Part shown: piece after piece, positions 1 to 10,510 of the stretch
Layout: every line of letters begins with the position of its first letter
Numbering within the stretch: the stretch's first letter is position 1
Source of the DNA: Patescibacteria group bacterium
GTDB taxonomy: Bacteria; Patescibacteriota; Microgenomatia; UBA1400; PJMF01
Assembly: GCA_049322575.1 (NCBI GenBank)
Contig: JBMORQ010000003.1
Span: 17,719 to 81,718 of the forward strand
DNA length: 64,000 nt
Reading direction: 5' to 3'
Notes under the pieces: model-generated
What the model was told of the DNA's origin: nothing
The model's input: the letters and a program-made list of their open reading frames with translations, nothing else
The model's database searches: none
Translations under genes and position numbers: made by a program

Positions 1-1
1 T

Positions 2-742
2 CTTTCTTTACCTAGAGATCTATGGTTAGCAGACTATCAAACAAAGATCAACGCGCTTCTTTATTACGGAGATCAACGAGACTCAAATAATCCTACAAGT
101 TTCCCCAAAGAAGTTATTGAAAACCTTACACAAACCAAGATAGATCACGTAGTAGTGATGAGTTTGGATAATCTTAAGGAACTAATTGATTTGCTCGGAG
201 GAGTAGAAATTGATGTGCCTGAGGCCTTCGTAGATTCTGAATTTCCAAGAAATGATGTTGATGTGAATATAGTTACAGATCCCAAGTTACTTTATGAGGT
301 TGTTAGTTTTCAAAAAGGCAAACAAATCATGGACGGAGAATTGGCTCTTAAATATATTCGCTCGCGTCACAGTCAAGATGAACAGGGCAATGACCTAGCA
401 AGAAACAATCGACAACAAGAGGTTGTCTATGCTATTTTTGCAAAAATCAGTAACCCTATGGATTTGATCAAGGATCCAGCTAGAGCAGGTAGACTTTTTA
501 ATTATTACCAAACAAATTTTGAAAAATACCTACCATTAAATAGCCTAATGGCCATTGGAAAGTCTGTTGTACCTGTGGCAAATCAAATCACCTTTGTTGG
601 TCATGGTCTAGACGAGTACGATGAGACAACTCAAGATGGATCGATATATCATCCAAACCCAAAGCTGTATAACAACCAATGGGTGTATATAATCAAAGAT
701 CAGACTGCTTTTAATCAAGAAATCAAAAATAAGCTTGAATAA
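2..742 (+). CDS. LytR-CpsA-Psr (LCP) family cell-envelope phosphotransferase, C-terminal part. The reading frame is open from the window edge, so the gene is 5'-truncated by the window.
   Basis: Translation carries LCP-domain signatures: 'IDHVVVMSLDNLKELIDLLGGVEIDVPEAF' and 'ALKYIRSRH...DLARNNRQQEV'. There is no in-frame stop between position 2 and the annotated GTG at 155. Confidence 0.8.
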   Translation, partial: LSLPRDLWLADYQTKINALLYYGDQRDSNNPTSFPKEVIENLTQTKIDHVVVMSLDNLKELIDLLGGVEIDVPEAFVDSEFPRNDVDVNIVTDPKLLYEVVSFQKGKQIMDGELALKYIRSRHSQDEQGNDLARNNRQQEVVYAIFAKISNPMDLIKDPARAGRLFNYYQTNFEKYLPLNSLMAIGKSVVPVANQITFVGHGLDEYDETTQDGSIYHPNPKLYNNQWVYIIKDQTAFNQEIKNKLE

Positions 743-779
743 TAATTCTGGCTCAGAATAACTTATCAGGATAATATCT

Positions 780-1034
780 ATGACTAATCCATTCACGAGA
801 AAGACTTTCCCAAGAATCTCCCAGAAAAACTTAACCAGATTTTTGCTGATGGTTATTGTTATTTTGAGTCTGGCTACGGGCTACTACCACACTCTTTGGC
901 AACAAGAACTCAAGCGGTATCGTCGACTAGAGGACAATTATGTTAGAGTTAGACAAATGCTTGGTAGAGAAGAAACTCAAAGATTAATTGATCTCTCAAA
1001 AGAAAACCATCAAGAGAACCAACAAGAAAACTAA
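780..1034 (+). CDS. Small membrane protein: one TM helix followed by a coiled-coil tail rich in Glu, Gln and Arg. Hypothetical, FtsL/DivIC-like architecture.
   Basis: 84-aa ORF with a clear hydrophobic segment 'FLLMVIVILSLATGYY' and a charged tail. It sits in the gap between the LCP gene and rmlB. No homology is recognised. Confidence 0.35.
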   Translation: MTNPFTRKTFPRISQKNLTRFLLMVIVILSLATGYYHTLWQQELKRYRRLEDNYVRVRQMLGREETQRLIDLSKENHQENQQEN

Positions 1035-1068
1035 ACTAAGTCATGTCAAATCAAAAGGAAATGTATCT

Positions 1069-2091
1069 ATGACTGAACCAAAAACACTCTTAGTAACAGG
1101 CGGAGCTGGTTTCATTGGCTCTAATTTCGTACATTATTGGCTAAAAAATCATCCACAAGATGAGGTAATTAACTTGGATTTACTCACATATGCCGGTAAT
1201 TTGTCTAGCTTAGTAGATATAGAAAGATTAGCAAATTATCACTTTGTGCAAGGTGACATTTCTGACAAACAACTGATTAACAGAATTATGCCTGATGTTA
1301 ATATTGTTGTTCATTTTGCGGCTGAGTCTCACGTCGACAGATCAATTATGGACCCAGAACTATTCACAAAAACCAACGTGCTAGGTACCCACGTCTTGCT
1401 TGAAGCTGCCAGAGATCATAAGATTGAGCGCTTTCACCACATTTCAACCGATGAGGTTTTTGGCTCACTGGAGTTGAATACTAGTATGAAATTTTCCGAA
1501 GAAACAAATTACGATCCTCGAAGTCCCTACTCTGCAAGCAAGGCTGCGTCGGATCATCTAGTGCGTGCATATGGAGAAACTTATGGTGTACCCTTTACCC
1601 TTACAAACTGCTCAAATAATTATGGAGAGTATCAATTTCCAGAGAAACTTTTTTCTTTAGCGATCACCAATCTTATAGAAGGCAAAAAAGTACCGGTATA
1701 CGGTGATGGCCTTAATGTGCGCGACTGGTTGTATGTACAGGATCATTGTAGAGCCATAGAACGGGTTTTAGAGGATGGCCACTTAGGTGAAACCTACTTG
1801 ATAGGTGGACTCAATAAAGACATTTCAAATCTGGAGATTGTCAAAATGATTTTGCAAATGATGGGTCAAGATGAATCAGCCATTGAATTTGTCAAAGATA
1901 GAGCTGGTCATGATCGTCGTTACGCTGTTGATTTCAGTAAAATTGAAAATGAGCTTGGCTGGAAACCTAGTGTTACATTAGAGGAAGGTTTGCAAAAAAC
2001 CATTAAATGGTACCAAGATCATCCAGAATGGTGGCAACCACTTAAGCATCAATTAAAAGATTATTACCAAGAACAGTATCAACTGCGCTAA
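1069..2091 (+). CDS. rmlB: dTDP-glucose 4,6-dehydratase
   Basis: 'LLVTGGAGFIGSNFV' Rossmann motif, the 'YSASKAASDHL' catalytic YxxxK, and the SDR-extended dehydratase family overall. ATG at 1069 is preceded by an AAGGAA RBS; the 988 start in the ORF track is an upstream extension. Confidence 0.9.
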   Translation: MTEPKTLLVTGGAGFIGSNFVHYWLKNHPQDEVINLDLLTYAGNLSSLVDIERLANYHFVQGDISDKQLINRIMPDVNIVVHFAAESHVDRSIMDPELFTKTNVLGTHVLLEAARDHKIERFHHISTDEVFGSLELNTSMKFSEETNYDPRSPYSASKAASDHLVRAYGETYGVPFTLTNCSNNYGEYQFPEKLFSLAITNLIEGKKVPVYGDGLNVRDWLYVQDHCRAIERVLEDGHLGETYLIGGLNKDISNLEIVKMILQMMGQDESAIEFVKDRAGHDRRYAVDFSKIENELGWKPSVTLEEGLQKTIKWYQDHPEWWQPLKHQLKDYYQEQYQLR

Positions 2092-2093
2092 AC

Positions 2094-2975
2094 ATGTCAG
2101 AGAAGATTCCACTAGCTGTGACTGGCACTAACGGGCTGGTAGGCTCCAGGTTTATTACTGATTTTGCCGATCGATATGACGTTTTATCACTTGATCGTAA
2201 CAACCCCATTCAGCCTGTCGATATTACTGACTCAGAAGTAGTTGAGGCTGTTCTGAGAGACTCAAAGGCTGAGTTTTTGGTACATTTTGCAGCTTTTACT
2301 GATGTAAACGCAGCCTGGCGACAGCAAGGCGATAAAAATGGTTTAGCATATCAAGTTAACGTAGCCGGTACCAATAATTTAGTTAGCGCTTGCGAGAAAT
2401 TTGGCAAAAGATTAATTCACGTTTCTACAGCCTACGTGTTCGATGGGAATTCTATTGACCAATATCGAGAAACCGACACTCCTCATGCAATTGAATGGTA
2501 CGGCCAGACGAAACTTTGGGCTGAGGAAATCATTCAAAGCTCCACAATTCCCTGGACGATATTTCGTATAGATCAACCATTTGCCAGTCAACCTCATCAA
2601 AAACTTGACATTGCTCACCGCTTAGCAAGCGGACTTCAGAACAACACTCTTTATCCCCAGTTCACCAATCACTATTTTGGGCCAACAATAATCGAGGATT
2701 TTGCCAAAACAATCGATTGGGCTATAAGAACTTCGGCAACAGGTCTCTATCATGCCTCAAGCGGTGAACGTTGGAGCGATTTCCAATTTGCCCAAGCAAT
2801 TAAAGACCAGCACCTGCTTTCCGGCGAGGTCAAACCAGGTAATCTCGATGAATATCTTAAAACACAACCACGGCCATATCAGAGAAACACAGCCCTTGAT
2901 TGCACAAAACTACATAGTCAAATTGACTTCACTCCACAAACCGTTCATCAAGCTATCTCCAAATTAAAATTTTAA
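2094..2975 (+). CDS. rmlD: dTDP-4-dehydrorhamnose reductase
   Basis: RmlD-like N-terminus 'IPLAVTGTNGLVGSRF', length about 290 aa, immediately downstream of rmlB (3-nt gap). Confidence 0.8.
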   Translation: MSEKIPLAVTGTNGLVGSRFITDFADRYDVLSLDRNNPIQPVDITDSEVVEAVLRDSKAEFLVHFAAFTDVNAAWRQQGDKNGLAYQVNVAGTNNLVSACEKFGKRLIHVSTAYVFDGNSIDQYRETDTPHAIEWYGQTKLWAEEIIQSSTIPWTIFRIDQPFASQPHQKLDIAHRLASGLQNNTLYPQFTNHYFGPTIIEDFAKTIDWAIRTSATGLYHASSGERWSDFQFAQAIKDQHLLSGEVKPGNLDEYLKTQPRPYQRNTALDCTKLHSQIDFTPQTVHQAISKLKF

Positions 2976-3034
2976 TATCTACTTTGGCGAGACTAAAGAG
3001 GTTTGACGATAGGGATAATTTTTCACTCACAAAC

Positions 3035-3697
3035 TTATTCCACCGGAACTCTGTTTTTTTCTCTCCATTGGCTAATTTGAGCGTGATTTCCTGTTAAAAG
3101 AATCTTTGGCACCCGCTTTCCAGAAAATATCTCTGGTCTAGTGTACTGAGGAAAAGCAGACCGACCAGGCTCTGCATGCGACTCGTCTTTATTGCTAAGT
3201 TCATTTCCCAATACTCCTGGAATCAAGCGGGAAACGGCGTCAATCATGACTGCAGCCGCTGGTTCACCGCCTGTTAGAACGAAATTACCGATTCTAATTT
3301 CCTCATCGACAAATAAGTCGGTCACCCGCTGATCGACACCTTCATAGTGGCCGCAAATTATTGTGAGAGAATCGAGCTTGGCAAAATCTCTTGCTATAGC
3401 TTGGTCGAAAATTTGCCCATCGGCCGATGTTAAAATAATTCGTTGATTTGCCTTGCCTTTTTGACCCTGCTGCCCAAGCGCTTTCAGAGCCGCAGCGATT
3501 GGTTCCACCTTCATGACCATTCCTGGACCACCACCATAAGGACGTTCATCTGTTGTCTGATGTTTATCAGTGGCAAAATCACGAATGTTGATGAGATTGA
3601 TTTCAATTTGTTTTTTAGCAACGGCTTTGCCTAGAATCGAGGTTTTTAATACCGATTGAAAATAGTCAGGAAAAAGTGTTAGAACATTTATCTTCAT
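3035..3697 (-). CDS. trmD: tRNA (guanine37-N1)-methyltransferase
   Basis: 'MKINVLTLFPDYF...' matches the TrmD N-terminus, with the 'ICGHYEGVDQRV' SPOUT knot motif and length 220 aa. Confidence 0.9.
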   Translation of the reverse strand: MKINVLTLFPDYFQSVLKTSILGKAVAKKQIEINLINIRDFATDKHQTTDERPYGGGPGMVMKVEPIAAALKALGQQGQKGKANQRIILTSADGQIFDQAIARDFAKLDSLTIICGHYEGVDQRVTDLFVDEEIRIGNFVLTGGEPAAAVMIDAVSRLIPGVLGNELSNKDESHAEPGRSAFPQYTRPEIFSGKRVPKILLTGNHAQISQWREKNRVPVE

Positions 3698-3756
3698 GAG
3701 GTAATTATATCGTGTTATAGTAGACTTGCGACAACAATCATTAATTTGGAGACATT

Positions 3757-4713
3757 ATGGAAAAACAAACTGTATTAATCACGGGAGGTACCGGATTTGC
3801 TGGTTCTCACTTGGTTGAGTCATTGTTACTTGAGAACACTCCTAAGTCGATTCACGTCACTAGTTTCGGGGGTAAGCCAGGCTTCGTCGCCAGCCTTTTG
3901 CCCGCTACCAACATCCATAAATTAGATCTTACAAACTACGAGGAAACAAAAACACTTCTATCTAAGATTCAGCCAACCCACATTTTCCACCTAGCAGCCA
4001 GTGCCTCAGTTGTAAGCAGTTTTGAGCAAGCGCGAGCCACCATGCAAAATAATCTTGATTTGCAGCTTAGCTTACTAGACGCAGTTAAAGACGTTTGTCC
4101 TGATGCCAGGATTTTAAATATTGGCAGTGCCTTAGAGTACGACTTTACAAAATCACGAGTTTTTGCCGAATCCGCTGAACTAGGCCCTGTTAGTCCTTAT
4201 GCCTTTTCAAAGGTTATGCAGGACATGTTGGCGGTTATGTACCAACGAAGTCATAAACTACACATCATCAGAACAAGGCCTTTTAACCATTTTGGAGAAC
4301 GACAAACACCAGGCTTCGTGGTGGCCGATTTTGCCAAAAAAATCGTTGAGATTGAAAAAGATCCAACTCGAGAAAAACTTATCACTGTTGGCAATCTGGA
4401 AGCTGTGAGGGATTTTTGTGACGTTAAAGATATGGTAGAGGCATATAAGCTCTTAATGGATAAGGGTGCTGAAGGTGAAGTTTATAATATCGGTTCGGGT
4501 GTTGGTACCTCAATCAAACAGATTTTAGACGAGCTCATCAGTCTTACTAGTCTTAATATCCAGGTCGAGATTGATCCGGAGAAATTTCGCCCTCTTGATG
4601 TTCCGACAGTTATTGCAGATAATGAGAAAATTAAAAACTTAGGCTGGTCACCGTCCAGGCATCTATCAGAAACATTATTAAGAACTCTTAATTGGTGGAG
4701 GAATAACTCATGA
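3757..4713 (+). CDS. NAD-dependent epimerase/dehydratase, GDP-4-keto-6-deoxy-D-mannose reductase-like (Rmd/GDP-fucose-synthase-like)
   Basis: 'VLITGGTGFAGSHL' Rossmann motif and 'YAFSKVMQD' YxxxK. Its stop overlaps the start of gmd (4710-4713), suggesting a functional Gmd plus reductase pair. Confidence 0.7.
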   Translation: MEKQTVLITGGTGFAGSHLVESLLLENTPKSIHVTSFGGKPGFVASLLPATNIHKLDLTNYEETKTLLSKIQPTHIFHLAASASVVSSFEQARATMQNNLDLQLSLLDAVKDVCPDARILNIGSALEYDFTKSRVFAESAELGPVSPYAFSKVMQDMLAVMYQRSHKLHIIRTRPFNHFGERQTPGFVVADFAKKIVEIEKDPTREKLITVGNLEAVRDFCDVKDMVEAYKLLMDKGAEGEVYNIGSGVGTSIKQILDELISLTSLNIQVEIDPEKFRPLDVPTVIADNEKIKNLGWSPSRHLSETLLRTLNWWRNNS

Positions 4714-5687
4714 AAAAGGCATTTATCACAGGAATAACGGGTCAAGATGGTTCATACCTGGCAGAATTACTCCTTGAAAAGGGATACAAAGTCTATGGTC
4801 TAACCAGACGAACCAGTACCCAAAATTTTGCTCGTATTGAGGGTATCATGCATCACCCTAATCTTGAACTAATCTCGGGTGATTTAATCGATCAGCACTC
4901 TCTCACCTTTGCTCTCAAGGAGATTCAACCAGATGAAATCTATAACTTGGCAGCTCAATCGTTCGTCAAGGCTTCCTGGGAACAACCGGTTTTAACTGGA
5001 GAATACACCGCTCTTGGAGTTACTAGAGTTTTAGAGGCCATGCGCTTGGCATGTCCTAATGCCAAGTTCTATCAAGCAAGCTCAAGCGAAATGTTTGGCA
5101 AGGTCCGCGAAGTACCTCAAACAGTAAACACACCATTCTATCCACGTTCGCCTTATGGCGTTGCCAAAGTTTATGGCCACTGGATCACGGTAAATTACCG
5201 AGAGTCATACGATATGTTTGCTGTCTCGGGGATTCTTTTTAACCACGAGTCACCTAGGCGTGGATTAGAGTTTGTCACCAGAAAAATAGCCAATGGCATC
5301 GCTCGTGTCAAGCTTGGCAAACAATCACATGTTGAGCTTGGCAACCTTGAAGCTAAGCGTGACTGGGGTTACGCCAAAGATTATGTTGAGGCAATGTGGC
5401 TAATGCTACAGCAAGACAAGCCAGACGACTATGTAGTGGCAACAGGTGAAACCCATTCCGTTAGAGAATTCTTGGAATTGTCCTGCAGTTTTGCCGGTAT
5501 TGCTGACTGGCAAAGTGTTTATAAACACAATCCTAAATATGATCGACCTGCAGAGGTCGATCTTTTGATTGGAGATCCAAATAAAGCAAAACAGACACTC
5601 AACTGGCGACCCTCAGTAGATTTTCCAGGATTGGTGAAGTTGATGGTTGAGGCTGAGCTGGAGTTGGAAAAAAATAAGAACAACTAA
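4710..5687 (+). CDS. gmd: GDP-mannose 4,6-dehydratase
   Basis: 'KKAFITGITGQDGSYLAELLLEKGYKVYGLTRRTS' and 'YGVAKVYGHWITVNYRESY' are near-canonical Gmd blocks. Confidence 0.9.
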   Translation: MKKAFITGITGQDGSYLAELLLEKGYKVYGLTRRTSTQNFARIEGIMHHPNLELISGDLIDQHSLTFALKEIQPDEIYNLAAQSFVKASWEQPVLTGEYTALGVTRVLEAMRLACPNAKFYQASSSEMFGKVREVPQTVNTPFYPRSPYGVAKVYGHWITVNYRESYDMFAVSGILFNHESPRRGLEFVTRKIANGIARVKLGKQSHVELGNLEAKRDWGYAKDYVEAMWLMLQQDKPDDYVVATGETHSVREFLELSCSFAGIADWQSVYKHNPKYDRPAEVDLLIGDPNKAKQTLNWRPSVDFPGLVKLMVEAELELEKNKNN

Positions 5688-5699
5688 CTGAGGATACGG

Positions 5700-6863
5700 A
5701 TGAAATTAGCCACTATCATTATTCCCACCTACAATGAAAGTGATAACATTGAGCATACTCTCAATTGCTTATTTGAGGTTTTCTCTACAATTACCACCTG
5801 GAAGATGAGTATTCTTGTAGTAGATGACTCATCACCCGATGGTACATCCAAGATTGTTCAAGATTTACAAAAGACACACAACAATCTTCACTTACTAATC
5901 AACAAAACAAAATCGGGACTAGGTGGTGCTTATCTCAAGGGAATGGATTACGCTTTCAACAAAATTGGTAGTGATGTTGCTTTTGAATTCGATGCTGATT
6001 TATCTCACGATCCAAAAAAAATCCCAGAATTCTTGAAAAAACTAGATCAGGGTTTTGATCTGGTTATGGGATCTCGCTATATACCCGGGGGGAGTATTCC
6101 AGAAAATTGGGGTTGGCATCGTAAGTTTCTGAGTGTGGTCGGAAATTTATTTATCATGTTAGTCATGACAAATTTTAAAATTCACGACTGGACAGGAGGA
6201 TATCGAGCTATCAGGAAAGAGGTCTTTCAAGCCGTCTCGAAAGATTTAACCGATGCTAAATTTGCCGGTTATACCTTTCAGGTTGGTTTCTTAAATAGCA
6301 CTTTAAATAATGGCTTCAAAGTTGCCGAGGTTCCTTTCCATTTCAAAGACAGGACAAGAGGGGTGAGTAAAATGGGTCCTGAGTACCTCAAAAGCATCAT
6401 GATTTTTTTAATAAAGACGCGATTGGAACAAATCGTTAAAAGCAGAATTTTCAAGTTTGTGACGGTCGGTGGTTTAACAGCAATGTTGCAGCTGGTAGCT
6501 TTACAAATAATGCGCAATCTCTTGCCCTATCAAATTGCTTTCTTTTTGGCAATTGAGATGGCGGTTTTAGGTAATTTTGTTCTCAGCAACCTCTGGACAT
6601 TTGCCGATAGAAAACTATCAGTCAGTCAATACCCACTTAAATTTATCCAATTTAATTTGGCCTCTGCTGGTTCGATATTAATCCAGCAAACCATCGCCTT
6701 CGTTGGCGAGAGATTTATCGGTCTAAAAGATCTTTTCATGGTGCCAATTCTAGGTTTTAGAGTCGATACTGGCCTGATCTTTGCTGTGGTCGGAATATTA
6801 ATTGGTATGTTTTGGAACTTCTTTGCTTACAGTACCATCATTTGGAAAAAGAACAAATCATAA
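5700..6863 (+). CDS. GT2 polyprenyl-phosphate sugar synthase (Dpm1/GtrB-like) fused to a C-terminal GtrA-like flippase domain
   Basis: N-terminal 'IIIPTYNESDNI...VVDDSSPDGT' GT-A DxD region. C-terminal 'FKFVTVGGLTAMLQLVALQIM' plus three to four TM helices is typical of the GtrA family. Confidence 0.8.
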   Translation: MKLATIIIPTYNESDNIEHTLNCLFEVFSTITTWKMSILVVDDSSPDGTSKIVQDLQKTHNNLHLLINKTKSGLGGAYLKGMDYAFNKIGSDVAFEFDADLSHDPKKIPEFLKKLDQGFDLVMGSRYIPGGSIPENWGWHRKFLSVVGNLFIMLVMTNFKIHDWTGGYRAIRKEVFQAVSKDLTDAKFAGYTFQVGFLNSTLNNGFKVAEVPFHFKDRTRGVSKMGPEYLKSIMIFLIKTRLEQIVKSRIFKFVTVGGLTAMLQLVALQIMRNLLPYQIAFFLAIEMAVLGNFVLSNLWTFADRKLSVSQYPLKFIQFNLASAGSILIQQTIAFVGERFIGLKDLFMVPILGFRVDTGLIFAVVGILIGMFWNFFAYSTIIWKKNKS

Positions 6864-6864
6864 A

Positions 6865-8415
6865 ATGACTGCCTTAAAAAATACTTTTTACCAACGGAAA
6901 ATTTCTGTTATTAGTATTTTACTTGCCACAATCTTAATTTTCGCTGGTTTTTTTCGTCTCTATAACTTGAGGGGGTCATTGCAATTCCAAGGCGATCAGG
7001 GTAGAGATGCCATCATTGTCGCCAAAATGTTTCTGGAACGAGACATGGTGTTTATTGGCCCAGTGACAAGTGTTGGTAATATGTATCTCGGACCTCTCTA
7101 TTACTATTTCATGTTGCCATTTTTATTTATTAGTTTTCCCAGCCCAATGGGGCCGGTTTATGCGGTGGCGTTTTTAGGCATATTGACAGTTTTTCTAACC
7201 TACTGGCTTGGTCAAGAGATGATTGGAAAAAAAGCATCTATGATAGCTGCTGCTTTTATGGCTTTTTCAGCTACAGCCACTCTTTACTCTCGTTTCAGTT
7301 GGAATCCAAATCCAGCTCCACTAGTCTCATTATTGATGATTTATTCTCTCTTCAAAGCTTTAAAAAAGAATGTTTTTTATTGGATTTTAGTGGCTGTCTT
7401 TTTTAGTATTTTGATTCAACTTCATTACTTAACACTTTTATCAGCCGTAGCATTGGCAATCATTTGGGTTTGGCAATTGATTTCAATCATCAAGAAGATG
7501 AGGGATCCCTTGATAAAAAAAGGCAATATAAACCAGTTTATCATTGCAACTTTTACCTCTGTCGTTGTAGTAATCATGTCGATGGCACCGCTAATTCTTT
7601 TTGACATTAAACACCAAGGCTTAAACGCAAAGGCTTTCCAATCACTCATTAGTCACAAAGAAAACTTTACTTACAGTGAACCTGTCTCAATTGTTCAGAA
7701 ATTGGCTGAAACTGTTGCCGAAACTGAGGGAAGAAGCATGCATGTTCTTTTCGAGATCACCATCGGCAAAAACCGACCACTCAATCGACTGCTTTACTTA
7801 TCCGTTTTTGTCGTTTTGGCTTTCATAGTTCTAAAAAGAAAAGATCGACAGTTCTTTCTTGGAGAAGCCATCGTTATTACTTTTCTCTTAACTGGTATCA
7901 TCGGCACTGCTTTTTATCAGCATACCATTTTCGATCATTATATCGCTTATCTTTTTCCGGTAACCTTCTTGATATATGGCATTGTTGGCAACTGGCTCTG
8001 CACAAGGATTTGGGGCAAGCTTATTGTTATGTTATTCGCTCTAGTTTTCCTCAGCTACAATCTGCCTCGTATGCCGTTAAAAAGTCTAGGGTGGCAAGTT
8101 GATGACATCGAGCGTACCAGCCAAGAAATTCTAAAACGGGTCGCAGTTGGTGATAAATACAATATTGTGTTACTTTCAGAATCAAAAGATCATTACGGCC
8201 AGAATTACCGATATTTTTTAGTGGCGAGTGATAAACCCCCTGTCGAGATCGAGAACGGGGCTGATGCTGATAAACTATTTATCATCAATGAGGAAAAAAA
8301 GACAAAAGATGTCACCGGACTTCCAATCTATGATCTTGTAGTCTTTCCAAACAAGACAGTCAAGGATTTTTTTGTGATCGATAACGGCCCGGAAATTACC
8401 CTTTTAGAAAAATAA
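6865..8415 (+). CDS. GT-C membrane glycosyltransferase (ArnT/PMT-like, GT39/GT83-type)
   Basis: At least ten TM helices. An N-terminal lumenal loop 'QGDQGRDAIIVAKMF' resembles the DE/DD motif loop of ArnT/PMT enzymes. ATG at 6865 follows the stop of the upstream GT2 gene. Confidence 0.6.
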   Translation: MTALKNTFYQRKISVISILLATILIFAGFFRLYNLRGSLQFQGDQGRDAIIVAKMFLERDMVFIGPVTSVGNMYLGPLYYYFMLPFLFISFPSPMGPVYAVAFLGILTVFLTYWLGQEMIGKKASMIAAAFMAFSATATLYSRFSWNPNPAPLVSLLMIYSLFKALKKNVFYWILVAVFFSILIQLHYLTLLSAVALAIIWVWQLISIIKKMRDPLIKKGNINQFIIATFTSVVVVIMSMAPLILFDIKHQGLNAKAFQSLISHKENFTYSEPVSIVQKLAETVAETEGRSMHVLFEITIGKNRPLNRLLYLSVFVVLAFIVLKRKDRQFFLGEAIVITFLLTGIIGTAFYQHTIFDHYIAYLFPVTFLIYGIVGNWLCTRIWGKLIVMLFALVFLSYNLPRMPLKSLGWQVDDIERTSQEILKRVAVGDKYNIVLLSESKDHYGQNYRYFLVASDKPPVEIENGADADKLFIINEEKKTKDVTGLPIYDLVVFPNKTVKDFFVIDNGPEITLLEK

Positions 8416-8453
8416 GCATTAACAGCAATTTTTAATTACAGTAAGATAAATAT

Positions 8454-9206
8454 ATGTCACAACCATTCTTATCAGTCATCATTCCGTCTTACAACGAGCT
8501 GAACAATCTCAACAGAGGAGTTTTAGAACAAGTTAATGACTATCTCAAGAAGCAAGACTATTCATGGGAAGTGATCTTAACTGATGATGGATCTACTGAT
8601 GGGACCTTAGAAAAATTAGTGGAGTTTTGCCAGCAACACCCAAATTTCCATGTACTTGCCAACGACCACGCCGGAAAAGGGCCAACCGTCAAAAGTGGCA
8701 TGTTATCGGCACAGGGTGAGTGGAGACTTTTCACTGATTTTGATCAATCTACCCCTATTGGTGAGGTTAAAAAACTACTAAATTTTACCAACCAATATGA
8801 TATTGTACTTGGTTCAAGAGAGGGAGATGGTTCGAAACGAGATACTGAACCATTTTATCGACACATAATGGGTAGAGGTTTTAATCTATTAGTACAGTTA
8901 TTGGCGGTTCCAGGACTTAGGGATACTCAATGTGGATTTAAGATCTTTTCTGCTCGAGCAACCAACAAACTTTTTGGGTCGTTGTATATTTATGGTCAAG
9001 CGAAATCGCGTAAAGATGCATTCACCGGGGCGTTCGATGTTGAATTGCTGTTTTTGGCCAAGAAGTATGGATACAAGTTTATTGAGGTACCCATTTTTTG
9101 GAAACACTATAAATCCGACCGAGTAAGTCCTATTCGTGATTCCCTAAGAATGCTGCTTGATATTGTTAAAATTCGATTGGCAGATCTATCAGGTAAATAC
9201 AATTAA
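8454..9206 (+). CDS. GT2 glycosyltransferase, Dpm1-like polyprenyl-phosphate hexose synthase
   Basis: 'SVIIPSYNELNNL', 'ILTDDGSTDGT' and a 'TDFDQSTP' DxD-like block; 250 aa. Confidence 0.8.
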   Translation: MSQPFLSVIIPSYNELNNLNRGVLEQVNDYLKKQDYSWEVILTDDGSTDGTLEKLVEFCQQHPNFHVLANDHAGKGPTVKSGMLSAQGEWRLFTDFDQSTPIGEVKKLLNFTNQYDIVLGSREGDGSKRDTEPFYRHIMGRGFNLLVQLLAVPGLRDTQCGFKIFSARATNKLFGSLYIYGQAKSRKDAFTGAFDVELLFLAKKYGYKFIEVPIFWKHYKSDRVSPIRDSLRMLLDIVKIRLADLSGKYN

Positions 9207-10507
9207 TGTCAAAAAATAAATTCTGGTTTTTCTTATTGTTTGCGCTCTTCTTTTGCCTGATACTATTATATAGCTGGTTTAGTTACGGTATGACGGCTCC
9301 CAATCTAGTCTTGTTAAAAGCTGATTGGTTTTGGCAGTTTCAAAGTCAGATGTGGCGGACATTTTTTAATGATCGTCAACTAACTGCTAAGATTTATTTT
9401 TTAATTATCTCACTATTGTTTGTGGTCTATTTTGGATTACTGAAATTTGTTTCAAGATTGAAGGAGACTCTTTCACACAAAACCATCCTTTCTCTCTTGT
9501 CTGTGACTCTATTACCACTGCTTTTTAGTTACAATATGTTGTCATATGACGTCTTCAATTACATTTTTAACGCTCGGATGGTTGTCGAATATCAAGCAAA
9601 CCCCCACATTAAGGTGGCACTAGATTTCCCAGATGACCCATGGACAAGGTTTATGCACAACACACATACCCCTGCTCCGTACTGGTACGGATGGACGGCT
9701 TTTTCATTGGTGCCTTATGTTGTTGGCATGGACAAATTTGCGCTAACTTGGTTAGTCTTCCGCAGTCTGAGTATACTAAGCGTCTTTTTACTCTATTGGA
9801 TACTGAATCTTTTGCATAAAAAAATCTATTCAAGGCCTTTGGATGCCTTTCAAATAATTTTAGTTTTTTTTAACCCTCTTTTTTTGATAGAAATTGTTAG
9901 TAATTCTCATAACGATTTGTGGATGATCGTACCCGCAATCGCATCGCTCTATTTGTTAACTACCCATAAATCAGAAAATATTTCTCTAATAAAAATTTTT
10001 TGCTCAGTTTTACTATTGTTGTTTTCGGTTTCAACTAAACAAGCAACTCTAGTTTTGTTGCCAATTTGGGCGTTACTATTCTTCAAAAACAACATCCTCA
10101 TGTTAAAAATTGCTCAAGCTAATTGGCCAGTATTTGTTAAAAAAATAATCGTAATCGCAACGCACAAAATTTCCGAGTTAATCAATTACTGGTGGCCAAC
10201 TTTCGCATCACTTTTACTGTTTATTCCGCTGTTGACTGATCGTTCACAACAATTTCATCCCTGGTATCTAACGTGGTCACTTGTCTGGTTACCTCTAATC
10301 AGGATCAGCACTTGGAAAATAATCTTGGTGGGTTTTTCTATCAGCTCTCTTTATCGATATTTGCCCTGGATTTTGGCTGGTGGTTATGGAGAAGAGGTGA
10401 TCCATCAGCAAAAAATGATAACCTGGCTACCCAGCCTAATTTTGCTTATGGCAACTTACCTTTGGCAACGTAGGCAAAACAATACAAATCTAACACGGAT
10501 TGAGTAA
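9206..10507 (+). CDS. Polytopic membrane protein, possibly a GT-C/DUF2029-like glycosyltransferase
   Basis: 433 aa with at least ten predicted TM helices, start overlapping the upstream GT2 stop. No soluble domain is recognised; the function is inferred from context only. Confidence 0.45.
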   Translation: MSKNKFWFFLLFALFFCLILLYSWFSYGMTAPNLVLLKADWFWQFQSQMWRTFFNDRQLTAKIYFLIISLLFVVYFGLLKFVSRLKETLSHKTILSLLSVTLLPLLFSYNMLSYDVFNYIFNARMVVEYQANPHIKVALDFPDDPWTRFMHNTHTPAPYWYGWTAFSLVPYVVGMDKFALTWLVFRSLSILSVFLLYWILNLLHKKIYSRPLDAFQIILVFFNPLFLIEIVSNSHNDLWMIVPAIASLYLLTTHKSENISLIKIFCSVLLLLFSVSTKQATLVLLPIWALLFFKNNILMLKIAQANWPVFVKKIIVIATHKISELINYWWPTFASLLLFIPLLTDRSQQFHPWYLTWSLVWLPLIRISTWKIILVGFSISSLYRYLPWILAGGYGEEVIHQQKMITWLPSLILLMATYLWQRRQNNTNLTRIE

Positions 10508-10510
10508 ATC

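Noticed and set aside
988-1068. Upstream extension of the rmlB ORF (the ORF track starts at 988), overlapping the small ORF 780-1034
   Set aside because: The extension is Lys-rich junk with no RBS. ATG 1069 has an AAGGAA RBS, and the Rossmann GxxGxxG lies 10 residues after it, as expected.
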